Source: Bacteroidota bacterium
Lineage (GTDB): Bacteria > Bacteroidota > Bacteroidia > 2-12-FULL-35-15
Assembly: GCA_947479085.1 (NCBI GenBank)
Contig: CANJYB010000022.1
Coordinates: forward strand, 3,904-67,903
Reading direction: 5' to 3'
DNA length: 64,000 bases
Made by a program: the position numbers and the translations under genes. This document shows, piece after piece, positions 18,274 to 28,622 of the stretch. The notes under the pieces are model-generated. The model made no database searches. It was not told where the DNA came from and was given only the letters and a program-made list of their open reading frames with translations. The first letter of the stretch is position 1; each line of letters starts with the position of its first letter.

Positions 18274-19212
18274 TTACATTTTTAGTTCCTCTTTCACACT
18301 GTAATACTCTTTCATTATTTCATCTATTATATCCTTTGCAGGTTTAATTTCTCTAATTAACGAAGAAATCTGCCCGATTTCCAATTCCCCCTCTTCCAAA
18401 TCGCCCTCAAACATACCCTTTTTTGATCGCCCCCGACCTAAAAGAGTTGACAATTCTTCTATTGAGGCCCCTCTTATTTCTGCTTTTTCAACTTCCTCAT
18501 AAAATTTATTTTTCAAAAGTCTGACAGGAGTAAGTTGTTTTAACATCAACTTCGTATCGCCCTCATTTGAGCTGATTATTTTATTTTTAAAATTAATACT
18601 TGCGGAAGATTCGACAGAGGCGGCAAATCTACTACCAATTTGAACACCATCCGCTCCCAATGCCAATGCTGCCAGAAGGCCCCTTCCAGTGGCTATACCA
18701 CCTGCTGCTATAATTGGAATATTTACGGTTTGTTTAATTAATGGAATCAAACAAAAAGTAGTAGTTTCTTCTCTTCCATTATGCCCTCCAGCCTCAAAGC
18801 CTTCCGCTACAATTGCGTCCACTCCCGCTTCTTCTGCCTTTTTTGCAAATTTCGCATTTGAAATAACATGAACAACGACAATTCCATTATCTTTTAATTT
18901 TTGTGTCCAAGTTTTAGGATTTCCAGCGGAAGTAAAAACAACCTTAACTCCCTCTGAAATAATTATTTCAATATGCTTTTCAATATCCGGATATAGCATT
19001 GGAACATTAACCCCGAAAGGTTTATCGGTTGCATTTTTACATTTTTTTATATGTTCCTTTAAAGTCTCAGGATACATGCTTCCGCTACCGATAATCCCAA
19101 GACCACCAGCATTACTAACTGCAGATGCAAGTTTCCATCCACTACACCAAATCATTCCTGCCTGAACAAGTGGGTAACTAATATTAAAAAGTTTACAAAT
19201 TTTGTTGTTCAT
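18274..19212 (-). CDS. FabK-like enoyl-ACP reductase / nitronate monooxygenase family flavoprotein
   Basis: QAGM, AVSNAGGLG, EGFEAGGHNG, IAAGGI, GVQIGSRF. Confidence 0.88.
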   Translation of the reverse strand: MNNKICKLFNISYPLVQAGMIWCSGWKLASAVSNAGGLGIIGSGSMYPETLKEHIKKCKNATDKPFGVNVPMLYPDIEKHIEIIISEGVKVVFTSAGNPKTWTQKLKDNGIVVVHVISNAKFAKKAEEAGVDAIVAEGFEAGGHNGREETTTFCLIPLIKQTVNIPIIAAGGIATGRGLLAALALGADGVQIGSRFAASVESSASINFKNKIISSNEGDTKLMLKQLTPVRLLKNKFYEEVEKAEIRGASIEELSTLLGRGRSKKGMFEGDLEEGELEIGQISSLIREIKPAKDIIDEIMKEYYSVKEELKM

Positions 19213-19318
19213 ATAGGATTTTTAATTATTTTTGTCCAACGTTGCGAAGATAAAATATTTTTCTTCACTTAAGTTTTTAATTTTAATACTATCACATAAT
19301 TAATTTAATATTTGTACC

Positions 19319-20251
19319 ATGCGTAAAATAATACTAGCATTAGCAATTTTCACCACTCCTTTAATAGGAGTCGCCCAATATAATTGGGATATAGGTATTC
19401 AGGCAGGAGCATCTAACTACCTTGGTGAAATTGGAGGTAAATTTGATACCAGAAAAGATTTTGTTCGGGATATTAAATTAAATAAAACTCAATTTACAGC
19501 TGGTGGGTTTGCGAGATATAAATTCACTTCTCTTCTTTCAGCTCAATTAGGATTGAATTGGGTTAGAATACAAGGTGCTGATAACGCCTCTACTAATCCT
19601 GCACGTGTTGGACGTAACTTATCATTCAGAGACGATATTCTTGAATTGGCTTTAACCGCTCAAGTATTTTTTTATGAAATGCCGGATTTAGGTCATACTT
19701 ATCGTTATAAAAATGATTTTAAAATGTATGCATTTGGTGGAGTTGGTGGTTTTTATTATAACCCAAAAGCGTACACAAAAGAAGGGGATTGGGTTGCTTT
19801 AAGACCACTAAAAACAGAAGGGAAGAGCTATGGACCTGTAAATGTTTGTATTCCTTTGGGATTAGGCTTTCTTTTTACAGTTAATAAACGCCACCGTATT
19901 GGTTGGGAATTTAATTGGAGAACTACCTTTACTGATTATTTAGATGATGTAAGCAGTGAGTATGTTGATCCTTCAACTTTAGAAAGTGACGAAGCTCGCG
20001 CTTTGGCAAATCGTAATCCTGAAATAAGTTATATGCCAACCGGTACAGATGAAGGTGAAGTTGCTACTCCTGGACAATATGGAAGAGCAGGGGAAAAACG
20101 TGGCGACCCATCGCATAAAGACACCTATTTAACAACTTCTTTATACTATAGTTATGTTATACGTGGTAGAAGTAGTTTATATAAATCTAAATACGGAAGT
20201 ATCTTTAGAAAATCAAAATCTAAAAAACGTAAGATTCGTGCTAAGTTCTAA
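19319..20251 (+). CDS. DUF6089-type outer-membrane beta-barrel protein
   Basis: Signal peptide; GASNYLGEIGG, RNLSF, LRPLKTEG, TFTDYLDDVS, RGDP..KD.Y motifs. Confidence 0.7.
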   Translation: MRKIILALAIFTTPLIGVAQYNWDIGIQAGASNYLGEIGGKFDTRKDFVRDIKLNKTQFTAGGFARYKFTSLLSAQLGLNWVRIQGADNASTNPARVGRNLSFRDDILELALTAQVFFYEMPDLGHTYRYKNDFKMYAFGGVGGFYYNPKAYTKEGDWVALRPLKTEGKSYGPVNVCIPLGLGFLFTVNKRHRIGWEFNWRTTFTDYLDDVSSEYVDPSTLESDEARALANRNPEISYMPTGTDEGEVATPGQYGRAGEKRGDPSHKDTYLTTSLYYSYVIRGRSSLYKSKYGSIFRKSKSKKRKIRAKF

Positions 20252-20267
20252 AGCAAGATTCTAAGAT

Positions 20268-20304
20268 AAAAAAAGCGATGAAATTAATTTCATCGCTTTT
20301 TTTT
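20268..20304. terminator. Bidirectional intrinsic terminator
   Basis: A7-GCGATGAAATT/AATTTCATCGC-T8 between convergent genes. Confidence 0.85.
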
Positions 20305-20318
20305 AATATACTAAAAAG

Positions 20319-21068
20319 TTAGTTTAAAAACTGTCCTGCTTTTGATAATGGCTTTAATATAAAGGTAAACATTCCGGGCTTTAAGCCATTTATAAGCCAT
20401 GCTTTTTTATCCTCCCTATTTGCTCTTAAACGATTTAGTAAAGAAACATTGCTCTTGCCTCCTACTCTCATTTTAACAAGCACCTCAGGAATATAAGCAA
20501 TTGAGCATTTTTGTTTCTCAATTAGTCGTAACATCATTTCATAATCAGCAGCGGACTTTAAAGAAGTGTTAAATGTTCCATATCTATCATAACAATAGCT
20601 CCTTACAAAAAAAGATGGGTGAGGAGGCATCCAGCCTTTAATAAAACATCCCTCCTTATATTCACCAGATTTCCAATTTCGAATTAGTTTTGAAGTATCT
20701 GCTCTGTTAACATACTGCAAATCACCATAAACCGTATCCACCTCTTTTGCTTCAAAAGCTTTTACAATAGATGAAATTACTTTACTATTAGCATAAAAAT
20801 CATCCGCATGAAGAATAGCAATAACTTCACCGGAAGCAAGGGCAATACCTTTATTTATTGCAAAATAAATACCCTCATCTTTTTCGGAGATTATTTTTTT
20901 AATCCTGTCTTTGTATTTCTCTATTATTGCTAAAGTTTCATCTGTTGATTTACCATCAACAATAATGTACTCTATTTCCTTATAATCCTGTTCAATAACG
21001 GATTGGATTGTTTTTTCAATAGTATCAGCGCTATTGTAACATACCGTTATGATAGAAATCTTCAACAT
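20319..21068 (-). CDS. Glycosyltransferase family 2 (WcaE-like)
   Basis: ISIITVCYN, IVDGKSTD, ILHADD, WMPPHP. Confidence 0.92.
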   Translation of the reverse strand: MLKISIITVCYNSADTIEKTIQSVIEQDYKEIEYIIVDGKSTDETLAIIEKYKDRIKKIISEKDEGIYFAINKGIALASGEVIAILHADDFYANSKVISSIVKAFEAKEVDTVYGDLQYVNRADTSKLIRNWKSGEYKEGCFIKGWMPPHPSFFVRSYCYDRYGTFNTSLKSAADYEMMLRLIEKQKCSIAYIPEVLVKMRVGGKSNVSLLNRLRANREDKKAWLINGLKPGMFTFILKPLSKAGQFLN

Positions 21069-21071
21069 AGA

Positions 21072-22796
21072 TTACCTTGACACAATAAAATTTTCAAGTA
21101 CGAGCATGTCCATTTTGGTACGAAGAAAACAATCTAAAGCATTGGCGGGTGAGTTTACAATTGGTTCATTTTCATTAAAGGAAGTATTTAACAAAATTGG
21201 AACTCCTGTTTTTCTATTGAACGTGGAAATCAGAGCATGATACTTTGGTTCATATTCTTTATCCACAGTTTGCAAACGCCCTGTTCCATCGACATGAGTA
21301 ACAGCAGGTATTTTACTTCGCATGTTTTCTTTTATCAAATACACTTTTTCCATAAAGGGAACATTATCCGCATCGGCAAAATAATCCGGAACAAACTCTT
21401 TTAAAATTGAAGGTGCAAAGGGTCGAAAGGATTCTCTACGTTTAATTTTCAGATTCAATATTTCTTTTGCATCTGCTCTGCGTGGGTCGGCAATGATGGA
21501 CCGATGCCCTAAGGCACGGGGCCCAAACTCTGCTCTACCTTGGAACCAACCCACTACCCCGCCATCTATAATACAATCTGTAACCTTATCGTAAAGTTCA
21601 ACATCCGAATACTTTTGAAATTTTATATTCTGAGATTTCAAATAGGTTTCTATTTCACTGTCGGTAAAGTGACTTCCAAGTGAACCGGAATAAGTAGGAG
21701 CAATACGTTTTTGTTTTAAAATATGATTGTATAAAAATAACGCAGAACCCATGGAGGTCCCAGCATCGTGCCCCGCTGGAGGAATATAAACATTTTTGAA
21801 AGGGGTGTTTTTTAATACTTTTCCGTTGGCAACAGAGTTTTGTGCCACCCCTCCTGCAATACAAAGGTTATCCAGTCCGGTTTTTTTATGAAGATGGTTT
21901 AAAATATGAAATATCAATTCTTCGCACAATCGCTGAACAGATGCTGCCAAATCTTTATGATATTGGGTTAATTCATCTTCGCGTTTGCGGGCAGGTCCAA
22001 ATTTCTCTTCCATGTATTCACTGAAAATACTTTCAATATCCGGTTCTCCACCTTCCCAACTCATCTTTACCCCATCCTTATGATGTTTAAAATACTTTAA
22101 ATTCAATTCAAACAAACCATCATCAGTAAATTTCACAACGTCTTTTAATTTGTCAACATAAATAGCATTTCCATAAGGAGCAAGCCCCATTACCTTGTAT
22201 TCATCACCATACTTCGGGAAACCAAGATATTGGGTGAAAGAGGTATAAAATATTCCGGCAGAATGCGGAAAATGAACTGCATCCAAAACTTCTATCTGAT
22301 TCCCATTACCAATTGCAGTCATCGTAGAAGTAAAATCTCCAAAGCCATCAATAGAAAGTAACGCTGATTTTTCGAAAGGAGAAGCAAAAAAAGAACTTCC
22401 TATATGTGAACGATGATGTTCGATATTATGTATCTCTGCTTTTATATCACTCTCCAAAACACCTAATTCTTCTGCCAATGTAGCTTTCACTGATTTTACT
22501 TTTTTTGAATTAGTGTATCTGTCTAAAATAGCAGAGAACGAAACTTTATTTTTAAGTGTATGTTTTATTTTTTTTAATACATTAGCTGAGGGGTCCCGGG
22601 AAATGGTAATGTAATCTATTTCTTTGATAGAGATTCCGGCATCTTGCAAACAATATTTTATCGCCTCGATGGGAAATCCTGCCCAATGCTTGATTCTTCT
22701 AATACGCTCTTCTTCCAAGGCTACTACCACTTCACCATCTTTCAAAATACATGCAGATGAATCTCCATGAAAAGCATTTAATCCTAATATGTACAT
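21072..22796 (-). CDS. Carbamoyltransferase (NodU/CmcH family)
   Basis: HGDSSA, EEER, EHHRSH, EYKVMGLAPYG, EFGPRALG, ESFRPFAP, THVDGTGRLQTV, LNTSFN. Confidence 0.93.
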   Translation of the reverse strand: MYILGLNAFHGDSSACILKDGEVVVALEEERIRRIKHWAGFPIEAIKYCLQDAGISIKEIDYITISRDPSANVLKKIKHTLKNKVSFSAILDRYTNSKKVKSVKATLAEELGVLESDIKAEIHNIEHHRSHIGSSFFASPFEKSALLSIDGFGDFTSTMTAIGNGNQIEVLDAVHFPHSAGIFYTSFTQYLGFPKYGDEYKVMGLAPYGNAIYVDKLKDVVKFTDDGLFELNLKYFKHHKDGVKMSWEGGEPDIESIFSEYMEEKFGPARKREDELTQYHKDLAASVQRLCEELIFHILNHLHKKTGLDNLCIAGGVAQNSVANGKVLKNTPFKNVYIPPAGHDAGTSMGSALFLYNHILKQKRIAPTYSGSLGSHFTDSEIETYLKSQNIKFQKYSDVELYDKVTDCIIDGGVVGWFQGRAEFGPRALGHRSIIADPRRADAKEILNLKIKRRESFRPFAPSILKEFVPDYFADADNVPFMEKVYLIKENMRSKIPAVTHVDGTGRLQTVDKEYEPKYHALISTFNRKTGVPILLNTSFNENEPIVNSPANALDCFLRTKMDMLVLENFIVSR

Positions 22797-22897
22797 ATTT
22801 ATTTATTCTAAGTATTAATTCCCGTTTCTGAAATTTTGAACGGGATTGCAAATGTAATTAAGATTAGGAAAGTAACAAGTATATTTAATTATCTTCC

Positions 22898-24037
22898 TTA
22901 AAGGAATAAATGTCGGTTCTGCTCAATTAATAAAGGATCCTTAATATACTTCTTTGCATAATCAAAAGCTGAAAGTGACATTTTGTTATAATCCTCCTGA
23001 CTAATTAGAGCAACAAAATCAATTAACCTAGCAAACTCAGACATTTTATCCAAATCTATTTCCCAACCTATATTATGTTCAAATAAATGCTTCCATTGAG
23101 TTTTGTTGCTAATAATTACCGGGCAGCCTACTAATAGTGATTGTAAAATAATATGTCCGAAATTTTCGCCAGTAGTAGGCATAAACATAAATTCATAATT
23201 TGAAATTATATCCAATACTTTATCACTTTCCAAACTCCCCTTATAAGTGGCTTTAACATTTGAGGGTAAATCTTTCAAAGCGTTTTGGCATTCTTTCCAA
23301 TATTCCTGATTATAAATAGGCCCATAAAAATCAAAAAGGATGTTTTGTTTGGCAAGTTTTAATATTTGCAAGGCATATAATGTGTTTTTTTCAGGGGCTA
23401 TTCGTGCCACGTTTACTAAACGAACTTCATTTTCTTTCTTATCTCGTGTCCGAAGCGCTCTATTATCCATAATTTGTGGGAGCACGGCTGCAGTTTTTAT
23501 AGTTACTTTTTCTCCCATCACTTTCCTTATTTCATGCTTTTCTACTTCTGATGTGGCATGAAAAACGACCTTATCAAAAAACTGCAAAACCTTCACCATT
23601 CTGATAAAAATCTGCTTTTTGGTTGATTTAACTCCTAACGAACCTTCCGAAAACATTCCCCTGACTGCAATTACCACAGTTTTATCATGCTTTTTCCTTA
23701 AATAAAACAGCGGAATTAAGGTAAAATATAAAGAATAAATTCCATTCAGATAAACAAAATCAAAATCCGTTTTCCGAATCAAGGTGCGCATGTTTTTATG
23801 AGTTAATTCGTCATTTGAAAAATAATAAACGCGTATTCCATTAGGCAAAATATTCCATTCATTGCTTTTGACATTGCTGTATGGTAAGGTTTCGCAATAA
23901 TCTGTATCCCGGGTTATAATGGAAAATTCAAATTCTTCCTTTAAGTGCTCTACCAGATTAGCAACGGATTGTATCGGCCCCCCCGCTTTGTAGCCGGGCA
24001 AATACCAATCAATAAAAATGAGTATCTTCTTTTTCAC
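22898..24037 (-). CDS. Glycosyltransferase family 4
   Basis: PGYKAGGP, ARIAPEKN, PTTGENFGH; start re-assigned to GTG at 24037 just after a -7 box. Confidence 0.85.
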   Translation of the reverse strand: MKKKILIFIDWYLPGYKAGGPIQSVANLVEHLKEEFEFSIITRDTDYCETLPYSNVKSNEWNILPNGIRVYYFSNDELTHKNMRTLIRKTDFDFVYLNGIYSLYFTLIPLFYLRKKHDKTVVIAVRGMFSEGSLGVKSTKKQIFIRMVKVLQFFDKVVFHATSEVEKHEIRKVMGEKVTIKTAAVLPQIMDNRALRTRDKKENEVRLVNVARIAPEKNTLYALQILKLAKQNILFDFYGPIYNQEYWKECQNALKDLPSNVKATYKGSLESDKVLDIISNYEFMFMPTTGENFGHIILQSLLVGCPVIISNKTQWKHLFEHNIGWEIDLDKMSEFARLIDFVALISQEDYNKMSLSAFDYAKKYIKDPLLIEQNRHLFL

Positions 24038-24041
24038 ATTG

Positions 24042-24049
24042 CAAAAGTA
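24042..24049 (-). promoter_or_regulatory. -7 element (TACTTTTG), probably leaderless transcript
   Basis: TAnnTTTG ends 4 nt before GTG start. Confidence 0.5.
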
Positions 24050-24183
24050 ATTATTTAAAATTTTACAGCCCAAATAAGATGAATATCAACTGTATTGTAT
24101 GGTTATTTCAAGTTAAATTTTATTTGCCCAAAAGACATGTGGAGCACCTGAAATTTTATAAACGTATGCAAAGTATTAATCAT

Positions 24184-24370
24184 AATGGGCTGTAAATCGA
24201 TTTTTAAGCGAAAGTGAGTATTCAAAATGGGCTGTAAATCGATTTTTAATCGAAAGTGAGTATTCAAAACGGGCTGTAAATCGATTTTTAATCGAAAGTG
24301 AGTAATCAAAATGGGCTGTAAATCGATTTTTAATCCAAAGTGATTAATGAAGAGAGCTGAAAATCGATTT
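24184..24370. repeat. 42-bp tandem repeat, about 4.4 copies, with palindromic AAATCGATTT core
   Basis: Cores at 24194, 24236, 24278, 24320, 24361. Confidence 0.92.
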
Positions 24371-24448
24371 TTTTAGGTAAATTAAAAATTCCAAATAGAA
24401 AAAAATAGATATTTTAGAAATTTCGACAAAATAAATTTCAAAAAATAC

Positions 24449-25138
24449 TTATTTAATCAGTTTAAAAACCTCTTCTTCGTAAAGGCTACCAATAGGTATT
24501 TCTTTTCCATAAACTATCATAGTTTTTCCTTTTATATTTTCAATCCCTTTTATAGGAACAATAAAAGACCTATGTACCCGAATAAAATCTTTAGGTGACA
24601 ATTTTTCGTACACCGTTTTCGTGGTCATACGGGTGGTGATACGTTTAGCATTTTCCAGATAAATACAAATATAATCGCCCAGCGATTCTATATAATGGAT
24701 TTCTGGAAAAGCAATCTTAACTAAACTATAATCCGCACGAACGTATATGTACTGTGGTTTTGCAGTTTCCTTTTGATTTTGATAATTGTAGTATTCATTA
24801 GCCTTAATAACTGCTGATTCAAACCTTTCAAATGAGAATGGTTTTAGCAAAAAATCAATTGCATTTAGATTAAACCCTTCCAACGCATATTGGCTATGAG
24901 CAGTGGTAAAAATAACCATTGTACTTTGTTCAATAGATTTATAAAATTCAACGCCAGACATTTTTGGCATGTGGATATCCAAAAACAATAAATCAACAGG
25001 AAACTTTCGCAAATATTTTTGGGCTTCCACTATTTTGGTGAAAGTTCTTTCCAAACTTACTAATTCAGTTTTATCACAATACGCTTGCAGTATCTCAAGC
25101 GGCAATGGCTCGTCATCTATGGCTATAGCTCTTATCAT
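24449..25138 (-). CDS. LytTR-family response regulator
   Basis: IDDEP, LFLDIHMP, FTTAH, LLKP receiver motifs; FIRVHRSFIV LytTR motif. Confidence 0.93.
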   Translation of the reverse strand: MIRAIAIDDEPLPLEILQAYCDKTELVSLERTFTKIVEAQKYLRKFPVDLLFLDIHMPKMSGVEFYKSIEQSTMVIFTTAHSQYALEGFNLNAIDFLLKPFSFERFESAVIKANEYYNYQNQKETAKPQYIYVRADYSLVKIAFPEIHYIESLGDYICIYLENAKRITTRMTTKTVYEKLSPKDFIRVHRSFIVPIKGIENIKGKTMIVYGKEIPIGSLYEEEVFKLIK

Positions 25139-26193
25139 TTCCAGAAAATAATTAAATGTACTTTATAATAATGGTCGTTTTCGGTGATTTTAAATTTATG
25201 ACGTGAAGGATATAATAGATTTAACCTGCTTTTTGTTATCTCTATTCCAAATCCTGATTTTTCATGTGTTTCATTTGTATACGTTACTTTATTATTTTCA
25301 ACAATCATCTGAATACTTCCTTTATTAATCTCAACACTGATCTGAATATTCGAATCTTCATCAGGGTTTACACCATACTTAAATGCGTTTTCTATGAACG
25401 GAATCAAAATAATTGGAGCTATGATTTCTTCTCTTGCACTTCCTTTTACTGTATAACTAAGTTTAACGCTTTTATCTAATCTCAACTTTTGCAGTTCAAC
25501 ATAATTGCTTATATAATTTATTTCTTTTTCCAAAGGTACAAATTTGTTTGCTGATTCGGTTACCACATATCGCATCATCCCTGAAAGTTTTAACATTGCA
25601 TCAGCCGTTTTCGGTGCGTTTTCTCTAACCGCCAAGGCGTATATACTATTTAATGTATTGAACAAGAAGTGAGGCTTTATCTGAGATTTGAGATAAGATA
25701 ATTCTACATTGTGTTTTTCCTTTTCGGTAACTCTTAAATGATAATTGGTTCGGATAAATAAACTAATAAAAAAAATAAGTAAAAATAAAAAGATGTTCTC
25801 TGTATACTCTATATGAAGACTAACAGGTGAAGTTGGGATAGAATCATTATTAAAATTGCCTGAATCGGAACCGGAAAATAATTCTGAATGAAGTTGAAAA
25901 TAATAAGTTAAATAGATAAAGAGGGAAAAGAACACCAATGTTATTAAAACATAAACAGAATATTTTTTTTTAAAATAAATGAATGGCAACAAAACATAGA
26001 TGTTAAGGAAAAAGTATCCCATCATCAAAATATAAATTACAAATTCCGAGCGGTCATGAGCATTATGTAAAAGATCGGGCAGTACCAATAAATTGCCATA
26101 AGTGAAAGCATAAGGAAGAGCGAAAAAAGCCAAAATTCCGAGTATGCGCACCAAATAGAATAAAAATTTGTTATTGATAAGCAATAAATTCAT
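25135..26193 (-). CDS. LytS/YehU-type sensor histidine kinase
   Basis: TM region; LKSQIKPHFLFNTLN, ENAFKYG, SGFGIEIT. Confidence 0.92.
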   Translation of the reverse strand: MNLLLINNKFLFYLVRILGILAFFALPYAFTYGNLLVLPDLLHNAHDRSEFVIYILMMGYFFLNIYVLLPFIYFKKKYSVYVLITLVFFSLFIYLTYYFQLHSELFSGSDSGNFNNDSIPTSPVSLHIEYTENIFLFLLIFFISLFIRTNYHLRVTEKEKHNVELSYLKSQIKPHFLFNTLNSIYALAVRENAPKTADAMLKLSGMMRYVVTESANKFVPLEKEINYISNYVELQKLRLDKSVKLSYTVKGSAREEIIAPIILIPFIENAFKYGVNPDEDSNIQISVEINKGSIQMIVENNKVTYTNETHEKSGFGIEITKSRLNLLYPSRHKFKITENDHYYKVHLIIFWK

Positions 26194-26353
26194 TGTGTAA
26201 ATATAAAAACTTACTCCATATAAGTAAAATTAAATAGATAAGACAACATCTATTTGCGATGGTTATTTATTCTTTCTAAAATCTTAATAACAAAGACAAA
26301 AAAAAAGAACATTGCTATCAATGTTCTTTTTCTGTTTTATAAGTTTTGAAATC

Positions 26354-27352
26354 TTAGTTCTTCTTAGGTATCATTCCACGAACACCCATATCTACCACAT
26401 AATCTCCCATTTCGGGCTGGTAATACCCATCAACCAAAGTTTCGTGCCACTCAAAACTATTATTTATGGAAAGAGAAACAGTTATAACAATATCCTGAGT
26501 TTCGCTCCCGGTTATAACCAAAGGTGAATTTGCAAGGGTGTTATCAACAAACTGACCTGTTACCAAACAACTTCCCGCAGGAATTGGAGAATTGGTAAAA
26601 TTAGGATTTGGAACTGTAGTAGCTCCTGCCGGTGCTTGACCATCATAAAAATAATTGGTTCCTAACACATTAGTTTCAAATCCCCAATACCCTTGCAGGT
26701 GATCTCCAGGTCCTCCTGCAGCTGCACTTGGTGCATAATCATGTCCGTTTATTTTATATCCTGTGATGTAAGTTTTATATCCAATAAAAGAAGCAAGTGT
26801 TCCTGTTCCTAATTGATTTCCTGGCAAATACTGGGATTTATAAACGATATTATAATTTTGCTCTGCAAGTGAAATACGCAACCATTTATAAGTTCCGGGT
26901 GTCATTGTACTTAGTTTTTTTGCAAAGAAAACAACATTCTGACCAGTAACAGTTGATGCGCAATAATCAATAGCCGCTGAACCACCACCTGCAGTGGTAG
27001 ATGGTCCGGTATATAATACCTGCCCACTACCTACAGGATCAAAATCACCGGCCAATTCAATATAATGTTGACTGATACTAAAATTACGAGGGTTTTGAGC
27101 TGCGTTGCCCGAACCCACTCCTACAGGTACCCCAAAACTATTTAAACGTTGCTGTGTACTATCAAATACAAATTTAAAAACCAAATTAGGTCCCGTTCCA
27201 GGAGTATAAGAACTGGCGGGAACACAAGCACCGGAAGCTGGCGGATTTGTAGTTGAAGGAGGCGTTTCTTCCTGAGGCTTTTTACATGAATTGAATGCTA
27301 AAGCTACTCCAACTGTAAGGGTTAAAATTGAAAAAAATTTGTTTTGTTTCAT
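26354..27352 (-). CDS. Uncharacterised lipoprotein
   Basis: MKQNKFFSILTLTVGVALAFNSC lipobox followed by Pro-rich linker. Confidence 0.75.
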   Translation of the reverse strand: MKQNKFFSILTLTVGVALAFNSCKKPQEETPPSTTNPPASGACVPASSYTPGTGPNLVFKFVFDSTQQRLNSFGVPVGVGSGNAAQNPRNFSISQHYIELAGDFDPVGSGQVLYTGPSTTAGGGSAAIDYCASTVTGQNVVFFAKKLSTMTPGTYKWLRISLAEQNYNIVYKSQYLPGNQLGTGTLASFIGYKTYITGYKINGHDYAPSAAAGGPGDHLQGYWGFETNVLGTNYFYDGQAPAGATTVPNPNFTNSPIPAGSCLVTGQFVDNTLANSPLVITGSETQDIVITVSLSINNSFEWHETLVDGYYQPEMGDYVVDMGVRGMIPKKN

Positions 27353-27436
27353 GTTTTTTTTAGTATTAAAATTATAATTTAACAAAAGTATGGATTTTAT
27401 TTCAGATATTTACAATCGAAAAAACTCTCTTATTCT

Positions 27437-28537
27437 ATGAAAAAAATTACAATTATTGTATCCCTGTTAATTGGCTGTTCAGTTATTAATGCCCAGATTA
27501 CCATCGGACAATCTGATATGCCAAATGCTGGTGATTCTGTATTGGTTAGCATTACCAATTCTCTTGGTGGTATCGACCAGACACTTACCGGTGCAAATTA
27601 TAACTGGGATTATTCCACCTTGGTTTATAACAGTCAGCAGCAGGTTAAGTTTGATGCCCCATTAACGTTCCCAACCATTTTTGCACTTTTATTTAATCCA
27701 TTTAATACTTCTTATGGAAGGGAAAACAGGAATTTGACGAGTCTCCCTATTCCCGGTGTTTCCTTTACCGGTGCTTATGATTTCCTTAAAGAGTCATCCT
27801 CTGCGTTAAAACAGGTTGGTGCTGGTTTTACCATTAACGGAACTCCTATTCCCTTTTATTATTCTCCTAACGATTTTATTTTTCGTTTCCCTATGAATTA
27901 TCTTAACATCGATTCATGTGACTATCAGTACTCCCTTTCGATTCCAACCATTGGCGATTATGGTGAAAAAGGACATCGCGTAAATATGGTAGACGGTTGG
28001 GGAACATTAATAACTCCTCTTGCTACTTATCAAACATTACGTGTAAAATCAATTATTACTGCCATTGATACCTTATATATAAGTGCTTTTGGTATTGGAA
28101 GCAATATCCCTGTACCTACTCGTGTTCAGTATAAATGGTTGGCTACTGCAAAACAAATCCCTGTGCTGGAAATTGATGCAAACATTGTTGGTGGAAATGA
28201 AGTGGTAACCAACATTCAATATCAGGATACACTTCATCCTACTTCTTCCATTGGTATTGCTGAAAATTCTTCTTTAGATTTTAATGCAACCGTTTTTCCA
28301 AATCCTGGTCATGATTTTGCAGTGCTGAAATATAACCTGACCTCAGCTTCAAAAGTTAAAATTACATTGACAGATGTTTTGGGAAAAACAGTTTCTGTTA
28401 TTGCTGATGAAAACCAAACCATTAGCACTTATATTAAAACTATAAATCTAAAAGAATTGAATCTTGAGAAAGGAATTTACTTTATTAATATTCAAACCAA
28501 TTCTTCCAAAGAGGTTCAGAAACTGATTGTAGAATAA
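27437..28537 (+). CDS. T9SS type A sorting-domain protein
   Basis: Signal peptide; C-terminal VFPNP...KGIYFI...QKLIVE. Confidence 0.85.
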   Translation: MKKITIIVSLLIGCSVINAQITIGQSDMPNAGDSVLVSITNSLGGIDQTLTGANYNWDYSTLVYNSQQQVKFDAPLTFPTIFALLFNPFNTSYGRENRNLTSLPIPGVSFTGAYDFLKESSSALKQVGAGFTINGTPIPFYYSPNDFIFRFPMNYLNIDSCDYQYSLSIPTIGDYGEKGHRVNMVDGWGTLITPLATYQTLRVKSIITAIDTLYISAFGIGSNIPVPTRVQYKWLATAKQIPVLEIDANIVGGNEVVTNIQYQDTLHPTSSIGIAENSSLDFNATVFPNPGHDFAVLKYNLTSASKVKITLTDVLGKTVSVIADENQTISTYIKTINLKELNLEKGIYFINIQTNSSKEVQKLIVE

Positions 28538-28557
28538 ACTAAATAATTACACCTATT

Positions 28558-28592
28558 AAAAAGAGTTCCACCTATGTGTGGGACTCTTTTTT
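28558..28592. terminator. Intrinsic terminator
   Basis: AAAAAGAGTTCCAC...GTGGGACTCTTTTTT between convergent genes. Confidence 0.75.
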
Positions 28593-28622
28593 ATTTCCGG
28601 CAATATTCAATGGGCTTGTTGA

